This document shows, piece after piece, positions 10,031 through 23,700 of a stretch of DNA of 64,000 bases. The notes beneath the pieces were generated by a model. That model saw only the letters and a list, made by a program, of their open reading frames with translations, was not told the origin of the DNA and searched no databases. Position 1 is the first letter of the stretch, and the number at the start of each line of letters is the position of its first letter. The position numbers and the translations under genes were made by a program. Source of the DNA: Candidatus Bathyarchaeota archaeon (lineage in GTDB: Archaea; Thermoproteota; Bathyarchaeia; Bathyarchaeales; Bathycorpusculaceae); contig CAWAKC010000003.1 of assembly GCA_963782525.1 (NCBI GenBank), forward strand, positions 384,001-448,000, written 5' to 3'.

Positions 10031-10433
10031 CGCATTTTTCTTTTAATTCACACTCTATTTTCTTAACAATTTCATCGACATCGACTAATTCGTGTTCCCA
10101 GAATCGGAGGACTTTCCAACCTTCAGCTTCAAGCCGTTCTTTCTTTGCAAGGTCTCGCTCGACATTCTTCTTGAGTTTGGGACCCCAATACGCCTTATTA
10201 CTTTTGGGTAAGTGCGAATGAATTGGACAAAGATGCCAAAAACAACCATCTACAAAAATGGCAATTTTTTTAGATGGAAAAGCAATATCTATTTTTTCTG
10301 TTCCGTATTGAACTCTAAATCTTAAATCCTTTTTCCAAAGAGCTTTTCTTAGTGCAAGCTCAGGTTTAGTATTTTTAGAACGTATGGAAGACATTATTTG
10401 TGAGCGTTTTTCTTTGGTAATTTTATCGACCAT
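10020..10433 (-). CDS. vsr: very short patch repair endonuclease
   Basis: RSQIMSSIRSKNTKPE, FVDGCFWH, LRFWEHE. Confidence 0.95.
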   Translation of the reverse strand: MVDKITKEKRSQIMSSIRSKNTKPELALRKALWKKDLRFRVQYGTEKIDIAFPSKKIAIFVDGCFWHLCPIHSHLPKSNKAYWGPKLKKNVERDLAKKERLEAEGWKVLRFWEHELVDVDEIVKKIECELKEKCAIH

Positions 10434-10476
10434 GCGTCCTCAAACCTTAATATTATAAACAACCAAATATTAGCGC

Positions 10477-11333
10477 ATGTCCCCGAGTGTCCTAACTGCA
10501 ATAAAAAACATAGCCAATTTTGGGAAAAGCGACTTGAAGGCATACTCGTCAAATTATCTTATACGCATTAATGCCGTGGGGGAGCCATTGGAGTTCTTTG
10601 TCAAAGATGCATTCTGCAACTCTTTCACCTCAGTTTCACAAGAGAAAGAAGAAAAACATCGGTGCACATTCTCATGGCTAGGCAACCAGAATTTTCCACC
10701 TGATCTGATGATTCGTAATGGTGATGCATTCGAGATAAAGAAAATCGAATCGATAAAGCCTTCAATAGCCCTCAATAGTTCTCCGCCAAAAGATATGCTC
10801 TACTATGATGACCCAAGGATTATTGATGCAGTAAGAAAATGCGATAATGGATTTGGAAGGCAAAAGACCTTTTTTACTCAATAGGTTGTGTCCAAGGAGG
10901 CAAGATAAGATACCTCTTTTTTGTTCAAGGAACTTGTTACGCTGCCGGAAGGGAAGTTTACGAAAAAATTGAAAACAAATTAAAACAAGGCGTCGAAGAG
11001 TGCATAAAACTAAATGGAATAGAAGGGGGCAGCGAAACAGCCGAGTTAGGGCGAATCAACAGAGTTGACCCACTTGGCATAACAAACCTTAGAGTAAGAG
11101 GAATGTGGATGATTGAAAATCCCATCCGCGTATTTGATTACCTTTATCATTTTGATAACAAGAAAAACTTCTCTTTGATCGCTCTAATGTTGAAAAGCAA
11201 GTTTGATTCATATCCACAAGAAGACATTGAAGCATTAAATCAGAGTAACATTAAAATTCAGGCTGTAAGAACAAAAAATCCCAATAACCCTGCCGAAATG
11301 ATGGACACACAATTAATTACGTCGGGATGGTAA
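10477..11333 (+). pseudogene. NgoPII-family type II restriction endonuclease (GGCC-type), frameshift near 10850
   Basis: GNQNFPPDLMIRNGDAFEIKKIES..IALNSS; second frame RVDPLGITNLRVRGMWMIENP. Confidence 0.8.
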
Positions 11334-12362
11334 ATGCTCAAAATCGTTTCATTATTCTCTGGGTGCGGCGGACTTGACCTTGGCTTTGCAAAAGCAGGGT
11401 TCTAGTAGTTTATGCTAATGATAACGACCCAGTTGTCTGGGAAACATTTGAAAAAAACCACAACATCTCAATTGAAAAAAAGTCACTATTTGAAATTAAG
11501 TCTATTGAAATCCCCCAATCGGATGGAATAATAGGTGGGCCCCCATGCCAAAGCTGGAGCCTTGCTGGTGAGATGCGGGGGGCAAACGATGAACGAGGTC
11601 AACTATTTTATGAGTACATTAGGGTGCTTAAGTTAAGAACTGAACTTTTTTCTTGCAGAAAATGTACCTGGGATAATTTCTAGAACCCACATTGAAGAGT
11701 TTAACAAGATTTTGAGTAAACTTTCTACATTAGGCTATACAGTAAATTATCAGCTTGTAAACGCAACAGATTACGGTATTCCGCAAGAGAGGAAGCGGGT
11801 GATAGTTGTAGGGATAAAAAAATCGTTGGGGATCCGGTTCATATTCCCTCAGCCAACTCATTCAGAACAAGGAAACAAGACACTTGATGGGCAAAAAACC
11901 CAGAAATGGCTGACGCTAAAGGATGCAATTGGCGATCTTCCTGAGCCTACTCGTGCCCAAGAAAAAAACAAAGCGAATGAGAATTTAACAATACCTAACC
12001 ATGAATACATGAATGGAAGTTTTTCTTCAATCTATATGTCAAGAAATAGGCGGAGGAACTGGAATGAGCCTTCTTTCACAATTCAAGCTGGCGGAAGGCA
12101 TGCCCCTCTTCATCCATCATCCTGCGAAATGACAAAAGTCGAAAAAGATTTATGGAAATTCAAGGGAAAAAACCCTGTCTTCAGAAGATTATCCGTAAGA
12201 GAGGCTGCAAGAATACAAACTTTCCCAGACGACTTTATCTTTTATTACAAAAATATTGCAGATGGTTACAAAATGATAGGAAATGCCGTGCCTATTAAGC
12301 TCGCACAAGTTATAGCACAAAAGATTAAAAATGATCTGAGCAACAATTCAAATGTTAAATGA
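11334..12362 (+). pseudogene. C5 DNA-cytosine methyltransferase, M.HaeIII/M.NgoPII-like, frameshifted near 11401 and 11630
   Basis: SLFSGCGG, GGPPCQSWS, ENV, QERKRV, YMSRNR..FTIQAGGRHAPLHP (HaeIII-like TRD), IGNAV. Confidence 0.85.
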
Positions 12363-12364
12363 GT

Positions 12365-12442
12365 GGCCCGGTAGCTCAGCTTGGCTGGAGCGTTCGACCG
12401 ATAATCGAAAGGTCGGCAGTTCAAATCCGCCTCGGCCCACCA
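12365..12442 (+). tRNA. tRNA-Ile(GAT), degenerate
   Basis: Full cloverleaf with encoded CCA and anticodon GAT, but C at position 33, a C-C acceptor mismatch and an A-C T-stem mismatch. Confidence 0.75.
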
Positions 12443-12579
12443 ATTTCTTCTTTCCAAAAAAAGCCCATAATCCTATTTATGTCATTTCTGAGCCCATAAT
12501 TGATTCAAATTAGCTAACAATAGCGAAAGTGCAGAAACGTTATATCCAATTTGGTAGGATAACATATCTGGTTGATTAA

Positions 12580-15556
12580 GTGCCAGAAAGTGTTCCAATC
12601 AAATACTCACTAATTAGGATTAAGAATCAAACAGGCACATATTTCGTTACCAATATTATTGAAAGTCTAACTCAAAAAGAAGCTGAGTTAAGACGGGTCG
12701 GTTTAGAATCGAAAGAATTCGTCTATAAGCCTATTGAATCATTAGAACAGTTGCCTTTTCCATTTCGTGAACCTTTGGACTATTTCACACAGTTGATAGT
12801 GCAAGGCTTAAAGTCTAATTCTGAAAAATTCCAAACCGCATTTCAGTGCAATACAATATTCAAGCATTACCAGCTAAGACCTTTGCTAAAATTTGCATCT
12901 AACCCTGAACGACGATTACTAATTGCAGACGAAACAGGATTGGGCAAAACCATAGAAACCGGTTACATCCTTCTAAATGAAATAGTCAGTCGAAACATAA
13001 AGAGAATTGTCGTCTTATGCCCTGCAAGCCTTCAAAACAAATGGCAGGGTGAATTATGGCAAAAATTTGGTTTGCGTTTTGAAATAGTCACCGGAAAGAT
13101 ATTGCTAGATTCAATCCTAAACACGAAGAAATCATTTCAGTTTATAGCGTCAATTGATTGCATACGTTCCTTCGACGAAAATGATTTACTCAAAATCAAA
13201 GACAATGAAATAGATCTGCTAGTAATTGACGAAATTCATCATATGATAGGTAGAAGTGGTGACATCCTTAGAAGAAAATTCGGAATAGGATTATCGCTAA
13301 TTGCTGACGGCGTTATTGGATTAACTGCCACACCCGTGCAACTGGAGATGATGGATTTAAAGCGAATATTAGATGTCATAAAGCCTGGAGCCTTGACAGA
13401 TAATGAATTCAATATCGCTGTCTGGATAAACTCTCACTTAAACAGGCTTTATAAGCTACTTGGTCAATCGCCTTGGACAAAAGAAGCAGAAAAAATTTTT
13501 ATTCAAGAACTAATCTCTTCATAGAAGAAACCAGACAGCGTGGAAAAGATTATCCTCAAGCTATAGAACCATTTCTAACTAATTTTGCATCCAAAATAAC
13601 TCGAGCTTTAGAAAGCAGTACAGAACAATATAGCATAAGAAGCGAGATTAGAGAGAAAAACAGTTTTTCAACTTTCATCACTCGAGCAAGACGAATAGAA
13701 GTAGGAGAAAACAGAATTCGCTTTATTGAAAATAAAAGAATTAACCTCAATACCCTTTGCCTTGAAGCTTTTCAAGCAGGGAATCTGGTAAGCGTTTCAG
13801 AAAAGAGCTTATTTCAAGAAATTGACGATTTTATCGTCTCATCTTTTTCTCATGCGCACCGCAGACAACTATACTCCTGCTTACCCGCAATGGTAGAACT
13901 CATGCGATACGGGATGAAAGGATTAAACGTCTGGGCAGATGACCAATGGGAAAACGTTGAAGCTGTTCTGTCCAAAGATGAAATAAAAAAATCTGAAATT
14001 CTCGCAAACAAATTTGCCCTTAACCGCAAAGATACAAAATGGGAAGAGCTCAAAAAAACAATCAACAAGCTTCATGAAAAGCGGTCAGCAAGAAAAGTTA
14101 TAGTTTTTACCCAGTGGATCCTTACGATCGAATATTTCCGAACCAAAAAACAAGAAATAGGTCTTCCAAGCTTCATCATTTCAGGGCAAGATAACGAGCA
14201 AACGAGGGATAGAGTAATTGACGACTTCATTAATTACGGTGATTTCTGTATCTTATTTTCAACAGACGTCATGTCCGAAGGTTTGGATCTTCAGAGTGCA
14301 GACTGCATAATCAACTATGACTTACCTAGCAATCCCCAAAGAATAGAACAAAGAATAGGTAGAATTGACAGAATAGGGCAAAAATCTGAGACAATAACTG
14401 TAATCAACTTTTTCCTCGAGGAGCCTCTTGATCAAAGAATACGTGAATTGCTAATAGACCGAATCAAGGTTTTTGAAACTGGATTGGGAGACCTGCCCAA
14501 AACAATAATCGAAAAAATTGAAGCTGGACGCTCTTTAGATGAAGATGAAATAATTAGAACTGCATTTGAAATTGAAACCAGAAAAAAACTTTTGGAAAGC
14601 GAAGTATTTATCGGATTAGATGAGGAATTAGACCAAGAAATCAACATAATTCAGAACGGAAACAAAGAATTTTACCGCCTGCGGTGGCTGGCTCTCTAAA
14701 GACTCCTTTATTTAATTCTGGGAGAAGAACAAACCCGAAAAATACAAGTTGACAAGGACTCATTGATTCTGTCTAATCTTGAGGAAATTGACATTGCAAC
14801 CCTTGGAAAAACAGTCAGCCTAAAAGATCGAGTAGAAGTTCAAGAGCAACTTCAAAGTATTCTAAGCGAAAAAGGAACCCCACGAATTATCTTCAAAAAA
14901 GACGGAATAGGCCTATTTCTGCCCTATTTCCATCCACTTATGCGAAGTGCATTGGACATTTCTTACTCATCGTTAATTATTGGTAAGGATCAAAAAGAAT
15001 TTGAGACCACATACCTTTTGATCCGAGGAAATATAAAGAAGCTGAATTTGGAATCAACGGTACTCATTTTGACAGAATTCACTTACAAAGGGTTTAGTTT
15101 AGGGTATTGCAAATGGACATGGTTTTCTATCTTAGATGATCACAGAATTAAAGAAATGAATAATCCCATTCTAGAAGGATAATAGAATTATTCAGAGAAA
15201 ACAAGATTTCCATTGAAATTTCGCCAAAAACTAACTTCATTGAGCATGTAAAGGAACAAATTGAAAAAACCCTTGTTATATGGGTGGAAAAACAATGCAA
15301 AAAAGATTTAGTCTATTCGCGATTCAAAATCAAAGCTGACCTCCAACGATTCAAAGAACAAATCAGTTTTATTGAACGAATAGCTTTTGAGGGCCATCTT
15401 AATTTTAAAAAGCAAATTGATGCCACAAACAGTCAAAAACGGATTTTAGAACTCCAGAAGACTCTCAACGCCGTAGAGACTTGGAATAAAGCTTATAATG
15501 AAAACGCTACGAGTATGAGGTTATTGACGGTTATCGAATTTGAGCAAAAACTTTAA
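12580..15556 (+). pseudogene. SNF2-family helicase (RapA/DrmD/DpdE-like), split into 4 ORFs
   Basis: HYQ, LIADETGLGKT, DEIHH, LTATP, SEGLDLQ, NYDLP..QRIGRIDRIGQ; frame breaks near 13520, 14695, 15180. Confidence 0.85.
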
Positions 15557-15622
15557 CTCCACAAATCTTCGATGCACTAAATGTGAGGCTCAAAAGCCTA
15601 AATCTGAGATAGAAGAATCTCA

Positions 15623-18600
15623 ATGGAAGAATTGGATTCCTGCCAAAATTGTTCAGATAAAGTAATTGGATTGAAGTTAATTGATTTTATCAAAACCAGA
15701 ATTCAAGTAACAGAGCCTGAAGATAACCGGAGCCGGTTTATATTTCGAGAACTAATCCAGAATGCAGACGATAAGCAAGCAGAAATTCTAGTCCTAAGAT
15801 TTGAAGAGGACGCATTATATGTAACTAACGACGGTAAAGCATTTACAACGCATTCGAATGGAGATTTTGATAAAATCTCCAGAATTCTGGGTAGACACCA
15901 ATCCGAGGATAAAGAAGCTACAGGTCATTTTGGAAGTGGCTTCCAAACAGTATATGCTATCACAAATAGCCCAGAAGTACATTCAAGTGGTCATAGTCGT
16001 AGAATGAACCCCTACACCAATGAATGGGACCAAAATTTTGAGGGTCTTTTTTTTGAGCGTAAATCTCCATACATTATTAAACCCGATAAAAAAGGTGTTC
16101 TTTTCAGATTTCCGTGGAGAGATAACAAAGCAGCTCAAGAAACAATACGCGGCGAAAATGTTTGGGAGGATAGCACCTACTGGCCAAGATGGCAGAAAAA
16201 AGAAAGAAAAGAATTGTTTGAAGATTTAAAAAGCTACATACTGCATGCAATAATTTGTTGCCGATTTCTAAAAACGATTCGACTAATTTGGCATCAACAA
16301 AACCTAAGTTGTCAAGATTTCTATCTTGGTTTTCAAGTTGTGCGAAATTTTCAATTAAACGGAAATGAAGCTACAAACCGCACAAGGTACAACATCGGGA
16401 CAATAGATCGAGGAGAAATCGACCCTTACGAGTGGACTAAAGAAAATAGTTGGAACGATAGCTTCCAGCTCGAAAAGTGGCGTTGGAAAGAACCAATTCA
16501 AGTATTTAAGTACCTAATAGGCGAAAATACGGTTAGTGAAAACGGCAAAAAGATATTCTTAGTTAAGAAACCAGACCACATAATCACTGTTACACCAACT
16601 TATTATCCTGAAGACAAAATCCTCAAGAGAGGAGATATTTTTGTTCTATTTCCTCTATTTGAGCACAACCTTGAATCAGTTACTGACAAGGGGGCTTTTT
16701 TGTATAGTGTGATCCCCCTGCCAACACGAGGAAAAAACAAATTCATTTTCTCAGGACACTTTCAACCATCTGAAGATAGAAAAGATGTTGATGTCGATGG
16801 ACAAAATGGAGTCTATGGAATTTGGTATCAACATGTTATGAATAGCATTCTAAGATTATATGCAGATCTATTCACAATACTATTAGAACAAATACAGTCA
16901 GGTAAAATAAAACTTGAAAATAGTCAACAAATAATCTTTAACGCTGTCCCTGGCGATAGCCTTTCAGAGTGGATGCGCCCTGGAAAGGAAAACCGCAATG
17001 AATGGACTCTTAAAAGTAAAGCACTATTCAATGAGCTCTTGACTTCTATAGTTGAAAAGCCTATACTTTATTCAAACGGAAAATGGATCAAACCTTCAGA
17101 TGCGTATTGGGCAAATGACGATTTAGAAAAGAAAGTATTTGAAATCATGGGTCATGAAGTTTATACAAAACAATTTACCGAGCATCCTAACTTCAAAAAC
17201 ATATTAGCAGAACGCTTAGAAAAGCAAAAAATAGATAACGCAAAATTTAATTTCATATGGGGGCAATTTTTTGAACATAATAAGAATCAAAGCGGCTTTC
17301 TTTGCTATGGACAAAGGCTCCAAAATAGAAAATTGCTTGACAGAGAAACAATAGAAATACTTATCAAGTTTTGTCTTTACGAACAAAAACCAATAGAAAT
17401 ACAAAATAAAATGATTATTCCAGGAAGAGATGGTGTTCTAAGACGGATTAGAGATTACCCTTTGTTAAAACCGAACTTTCAATTCCTTTTCGAAATTTTA
17501 CCTGATTCAGATTCAATACATGATGACTTTAGGACTTCCCAACTAATTGAAAAGCATAAGGAACTACTCGTTGATTACCGAAACGAAGATCAGGTAATTT
17601 ATCTGTTGGATAGCTTGTTCAGGGCTTCAAAAGCTGACATTCAAAATATTTCTGCAACTCAGCATAAGGCTTTATCAAAATTTTTAAGAACTTTAGTGGA
17701 CTCGCCTGAATGGGGACCCAAAGAAAGCCTAAAAGACCGTAGATTCATACCCTACAAGCAAGGAGATAATGTTAATGTTGGAACTCTCAATGTTGAAGAG
17801 ACGGTTTCAGGATCGCATTGGATTTCTGGTGAAAAAATTGAGCGAAATTATGAAAGATCTTCAATCTATGGAATGCAATTAAACCCAGTGCCAGCGCCCT
17901 CACATCTGAGGTAGAGTCAAAAATAAAATTTCTTTGGTTAGTTGAATGCGGGAAAGAAGAGGTTGCAAAAATCGAAAATAAACTGAGTTTTATTAAACTA
18001 ATGGCGGTAAAGGATAATCCATCAAACTTTGTTAGACACTTTTTATCAACTCAGCATGGATCTTTATTTGAAGATCAAATCCTCAGCAATTTTACTGGGC
18101 TGAAAGACTCTGTTCAACTCAATCTACAAAAAAAGCAGTTTCTAAAAGCTTTGAGAATTTATTATAAATCTGAAAAAGAAGGAGAACGTTATTTGACAAG
18201 GGAAGACATGTCTAAAGTCCCTTGTTTTTATGATGAAACTGAAAAATGGCATCCCGCGGGAAAATTCGTTTTACATCTAAAGCCTGAACTAGGTATTTTT
18301 GGAATCAAATCTCTGCACGCTGATTTCAATGATTGGCCGGAAAAGACGCTTTTGGCAATCGGAGTTGAGGAATCACTCAAATGCTCCATAATAATTGAAA
18401 CAATTAAGGCATTTGCAAAAGAAAAAGAACTGCACAGAAAAGAATTGCAGGAGATACTTTCGTGGCTAATAACGTCAAATGTCGGTATCGGAACTGAATT
18501 CAGAGGAGATATTGAATTTTCTGAACAGTTGTGGGTACCTACAACTGATGGAGAATTCAAAAATCCTAAAGCAGTTTTAATACCGACAACTGAAAATAAA

Positions 18601-20712
18601 TTAATACTAGGCGAAGACTTTGAAGGTTTTTTGGATCTATCCTTAAGCAAAACCATTATAGAAAACAAAGAATATTTTGACGAAAAAGCTAAAAAGCAAA
18701 TAGATTCACTAACAATAAGATCAACGCCCTCTTTAGAAATCATGCTAACAGTCTTAAAGAAAAAGCGAGAACAGAATAAAACTCCTCCCCCGAACCTTTT
18801 TGAAGCTCTTGATAAAGAAATAAGAGCCGATGCAGAAAAGAGCAAAAGAATAATGATGAATGATAGGTATGGCTATTTTTATGATAGTGAATGGATTGAT
18901 TCATGGAATATCAAAATTATGGATCCAGCAAGCATCCCGAAAGAGCTGCAGGGAATAATAAAGATAATACCTCCAAGTAGTCCGCATGAAGAATATTTAC
19001 TTGCAGATGGTGCTAGGACACAACTCTCTCCAAATGATATTATGAAACCAATGGCATCAAAAAAAATTGAAGCTTCATTAAAGCTTTGGGACCTATTGCG
19101 GGAGTTAGAAAGTCAAATTGATTTAGATGACATCGAAAACTTTGGAAAACTAAGCATCTACCCAATTAATGACGAACTGTTTTCCCCATCGAAAATAGTT
19201 TATGAAGAAAAATCAGGATTTATTGGGGAAGGACCCATAGGCAATTGGTACATACTTGGACCTGATTTAGCATCAAGACACAAAAGTATTCTTGGAAAAT
19301 TAGGTGCAAAGAGTGCTGTAAATCTTACTTTTTTAGACATTTTTGAGTTACTTAAAAGCCAGAAAAAAATGAAAACTAAACTTGACCCAGTTACCGTTTC
19401 TAAGGTTTTGCGATTAATAAAAAAGTTAAGTGAAATTAACTTCGGGAACTTTCCTAGTGAACTGCTCTGGCCAGCAGAGTGTAATGGAGAATTTGTTTGG
19501 AAAACACCACAAGAATGCTATTTCAGAGATGCAATTTCAATTCCAGAGGAATTCAAACACAAACTTAATTTCATTACACTTAAAATTGATCAAAAAGTTG
19601 ACGGTCAATTAAAGAACTACGCTGTTAAAAGTGGGACAAAATCTTTCAAAGAATCACTAACTAAGCTTGGGAAGATTGAGTATTTTGGCGATGGTGCGGA
19701 TGAAACTAGCCCTCGATTTTACAACATTTTATCAAAGGCTTTAAGCCAACATTTCAATTCAGTAAAATATGCTAATAAATTCAATTGGCTTACTGATGCT
19801 GAAGCTCGAATTTCAGAGACAATAAAGGTGTCTTACACAATCGACGGCATTAGCGCCAATATTAATAAGGCTGCTTTAGTTGAATTTCGAAACTCGTACT
19901 GGACCGTATCTATTGCAAGTCTGGAACCAAAAGGGTTCGTTTTAGAACAATTATCTGAAGAAATAGCTGATACTTGCTTAATGCAAGGATTCCCGGAATC
20001 AAACTTGGAAGAATTGCGGAATATTCTATACAAATTGCTAACCAACGAGATAAACGAGTGGAAATACTCTATTCCTGATTTTGAACCGACAGCTGAAGAG
20101 GAAATAATGGTTAATCCTGTTGTAAATTCGTCCAAAAGAAAAGGAATAATCATTGGTTCAGGTTTCAATCAACCCGAAGACATTGTTGAATTAACCGAAG
20201 TATTCCGAGAAAACAATTACGAAACGAATGCAGCAGGATATATTCCGACAAAGGGTCAGCTCACTAACTGGTATAATTGTTGTCAAATTTGTGGTAATCA
20301 AACTCCAGGCGATGAGTCTGGATATAACACTTATGAAACATTAAAACGAGTTATTACCAACAGAGGCGGCAGATATCAAGGTGAGAATCAAGGTTATGAT
20401 GTCAATAACAGCTTACTTTTATGCCCCACCCATCAAGTATTATGGATAAGAACATTAGTTAGGTTCCCTGAAATAGACAACCCACCGTCTGATCTTAAAG
20501 AAAAAATAATGCAAAAAATTAAAGAGGAAATAGAAGATACAGAATCAATATCATATCCGTGCGAGGTATTTGAAGGAGAGAGAGACCCAAAAACAGGAAA
20601 ATCCCGTAGCAAATGGGTTAGAAGGGATATTACTTTCAAACCTGAACATTATAGAGGTTTCTTAAAAACCCTGCTTGATTATTTAGAAACAAGAGAAACC
20701 TATAGGACTTGA
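15623..20712 (+). CDS. sacsin/NOV-type GHKL ATPase, about 1690 aa, with C-terminal HNH-like Zn domain (one frameshift near 17900)
   Basis: RELIQNADD, NDGKAFT, GHFGSGFQTVY; frame of 18001 ORF is open back to about 17896; tail CQIC...NSLLLCPTH. Confidence 0.75.
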
Positions 20713-23700
20713 TGCTATTGTTAGACAAAAGATCTAATTGGGCAGCCATAAAATGTCTGTATGAATACGAATCATCTAAACTCTCAAAACCAGGATCCTA
20801 CAGACGGGACATAAACGAAGTTCTCTGGACCAAAGGTGATATATTCTCAACTTTGCCAGAAATTACCGAGAAAGAACTTGATAAGATAATTTCTGAGATG
20901 ATAGAAAAGAAAGAATTAATGAAGATACAAATTCCTGGTAATGAAGACAAATATGTTTCTCGAGTAGCAGAAACGGTTCGACTATTAGGTCACAATTATG
21001 AGTATTGGGCGCGAGGTAGACAAGGAATCGATTCTATTCGGTGGCTGATCGAAGAGAAAAAAATTCCCGACAGGAAAATCCCTGCCCAAGAATTCATCAA
21101 TCAACTTACCTCAGCAGTATTTTCAGAAATTCAACTAAATAATTCAACCATTAATTTGCGTAACGCCATAAAAATAGTGGTTCAGGGCATCGCAGAATAC
21201 TTTGTTTCTTCCGATTGGACTAAAGCTAAATTTTCTGACTTCCAATTGCAAGCTGCTACAGAAATGATCTTAGCACAATTCAGCCAAAAATTCAAGCCAA
21301 AATCTCAAGTACTAATTGCAGGAGTCGGCTCAGGCAAAACCGTAGCATTTAGCATTGCTATGTTGGTTTCTGCAGTTGAAGGGATTCTGACAGGAGAAAA
21401 GGCAAGAAGAAGCCATTTGTTCCTTTATCCTCGAACAGCATTAGCGAAAGATCAATACAAAACACTCAGTAAAATTGTAGAAAAAATAGGTCTTCAAGAG
21501 CTGTCAGTCCATTTTGAACATCACAGTTACTATGATTCGATAAATAAGTCAGCAAAGGATGGAATAGCTTACGTTTATGATAAACCTGGTTGCTCTCCGT
21601 CAATCATTATAACTACATTTGAAACGCTGAACAGGAGATTACGGAACCCCCTTGTAATACGAAAATTAAGCGAATATCTTCACCGAGTGATAGTTGATGA
21701 AATACACTTAGTGGAAGGCATTCCAGGTTGCCAAATCATAAAGATGATGGACCGATTGCAAAATTGTTGCAATCAACAAATTCTTTGGACCGGATCATCA
21801 GCTACAGTGGCTAGCCCAGATGTACAAGCAGCCACCATTTTTAACATCCCCCGAGATAACTTGAAAATAATAGAGCCAACATTAGATCAGCTCAAAACAG
21901 TTGGGCTGGTTCACCACGTGTTCATGAGACCAACTGGAACATTGTCAAGTTTAGGTACACTAGTAAACTCAACAAGCATACTGGTTCACAATCGCCGAGA
22001 TAGTCTTCACGAGAGACAGGAGAATTATCCTAAAACGATAGGATTTGCTGATAATTTAGATATTTTAGGTAGATGGAATTCCGATCTAAGGGAAAACGAA
22101 AGAACTGAACAAGATAGAAACAGAAAGCACCCTGAAAATTCTGATCCTGAAAATTGGTCTTACGATCGACAAAGAGACGTTCCTTACGCACTTCGGTTTT
22201 ATAATCCCCTTCAAAGACGAATTTTTGCAGGAAAAAAATCGAGTGACTTCGAGGAAGTATCAAGTTTATTGACAGAAGAAAATAAGGAAATTTGTGAAAA
22301 ATGCAAAAATGGACAAAGAATAAACTTAGGTACTGTAACTCAAGAAGACCTCAAGAAACTTGCCAAGGTAATTTACCGAGAACCATTGAAAGCAAAAGAC
22401 AAAGCAAAACTATTACTAGATAACAAGAAGATTTTTGAAGCTGAGTCTTTGGAGATTGGAACCCTCGACCTTTGCCCCTACCTTCGAGCTGGTGCATGCT
22501 TCTGGTTCGCTAAAGATGATCTTCTAACTCAAAAAATCTCTCAAGATGGTCCGCTCGTATATGAATGGAGGTCAGTCGCTCGATCAAGGATTCAATCATC
22601 AAAAACAAACAAGGATACCCAGTTTGAAGAGGATCTGAGTGAAATTGTATTTACTTCAACATTAACGGAAGTCTACGATCTATATAGCGATAAAAACAAG
22701 AAAAATACTGACAAAAAGATTCCAATCGACATAGTGCTCGCATCTCCAAGTTTGGAGGTTGGAGTGGACCTTCAAAATGTAACTGAGAGCATTATGTACA
22801 AAGCCATAAGAAATGTAGCTTCATACAGGCAAAAAGTAGGACGAATCGGTCGAGAAGAAGGCTCAAATGCCTTGAATGCAACGCTAATATCATTCAGACC
22901 CATAGATCTTCATTATTACCGTCAACCTAGAAAAATAATCAGTCAAGCTCATCTAGATCCGATTCCTCTAAAGGAGCACAATAGTTCGATACTAAGTTGT
23001 GCTTTGTATCTAGGAACTTGGGATTATCTCGCCCTAAAAACAGACCTCCCTGAAGTAGTTCCAAAACAAATTTCAAATGGAACTACAATTTTTACAGAGA
23101 GAATTAAAGCTTCTTATGAATATCTGACTGCGCAGAAACAAGAAATAGCTGTACATTTATCTCGTGTGTCTAGGCATAAAATAACTCCAAGCGACAAGAT
23201 CATAACTGAGATCATAGGACAAGTCAAAGATGAACTAGGCATTTTCTTAACAAAAACCTCTGGAACTATTGAAGACAATAGATTATCTTGCATTTCAGAT
23301 ATGATTGTACATTTCTTAAACCCTTACTCATCAAGAGTGAACCCACCAAAACCTTCAGATATGAAATGGGTAAAGATTGGCGCTCAGAGCTACGAAGATT
23401 TAAGACCTCACGTTAATTCAATACCAATAGGGCTTTCAGAAGAATTCGAAAGATTAGACCTTTTTGCTTCTTGTGGCTGGGTCCTTCTCGAAGAAATAAA
23501 AAACATTAGAGAAAAGATAGAAAACAAGATCAAAGAACTCGATTTAAATGGACAATTTAGAGACGAGAGCCGAATTCTTTCAAAGGTCAGTTTAGCTTTG
23601 AAAGATATAGAAGCCGGTCTTGAAGATATGAGAAAAACTGGCGCTGACCCAATTGTCGTTTATTTCTATGAGCAATTTGATAAATTTAAGAAAGATCATC

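Noticed and set aside
12266-12457. ORF antisense to tRNA-Ile
   Set aside because: Translation of tRNA reverse complement, not a protein
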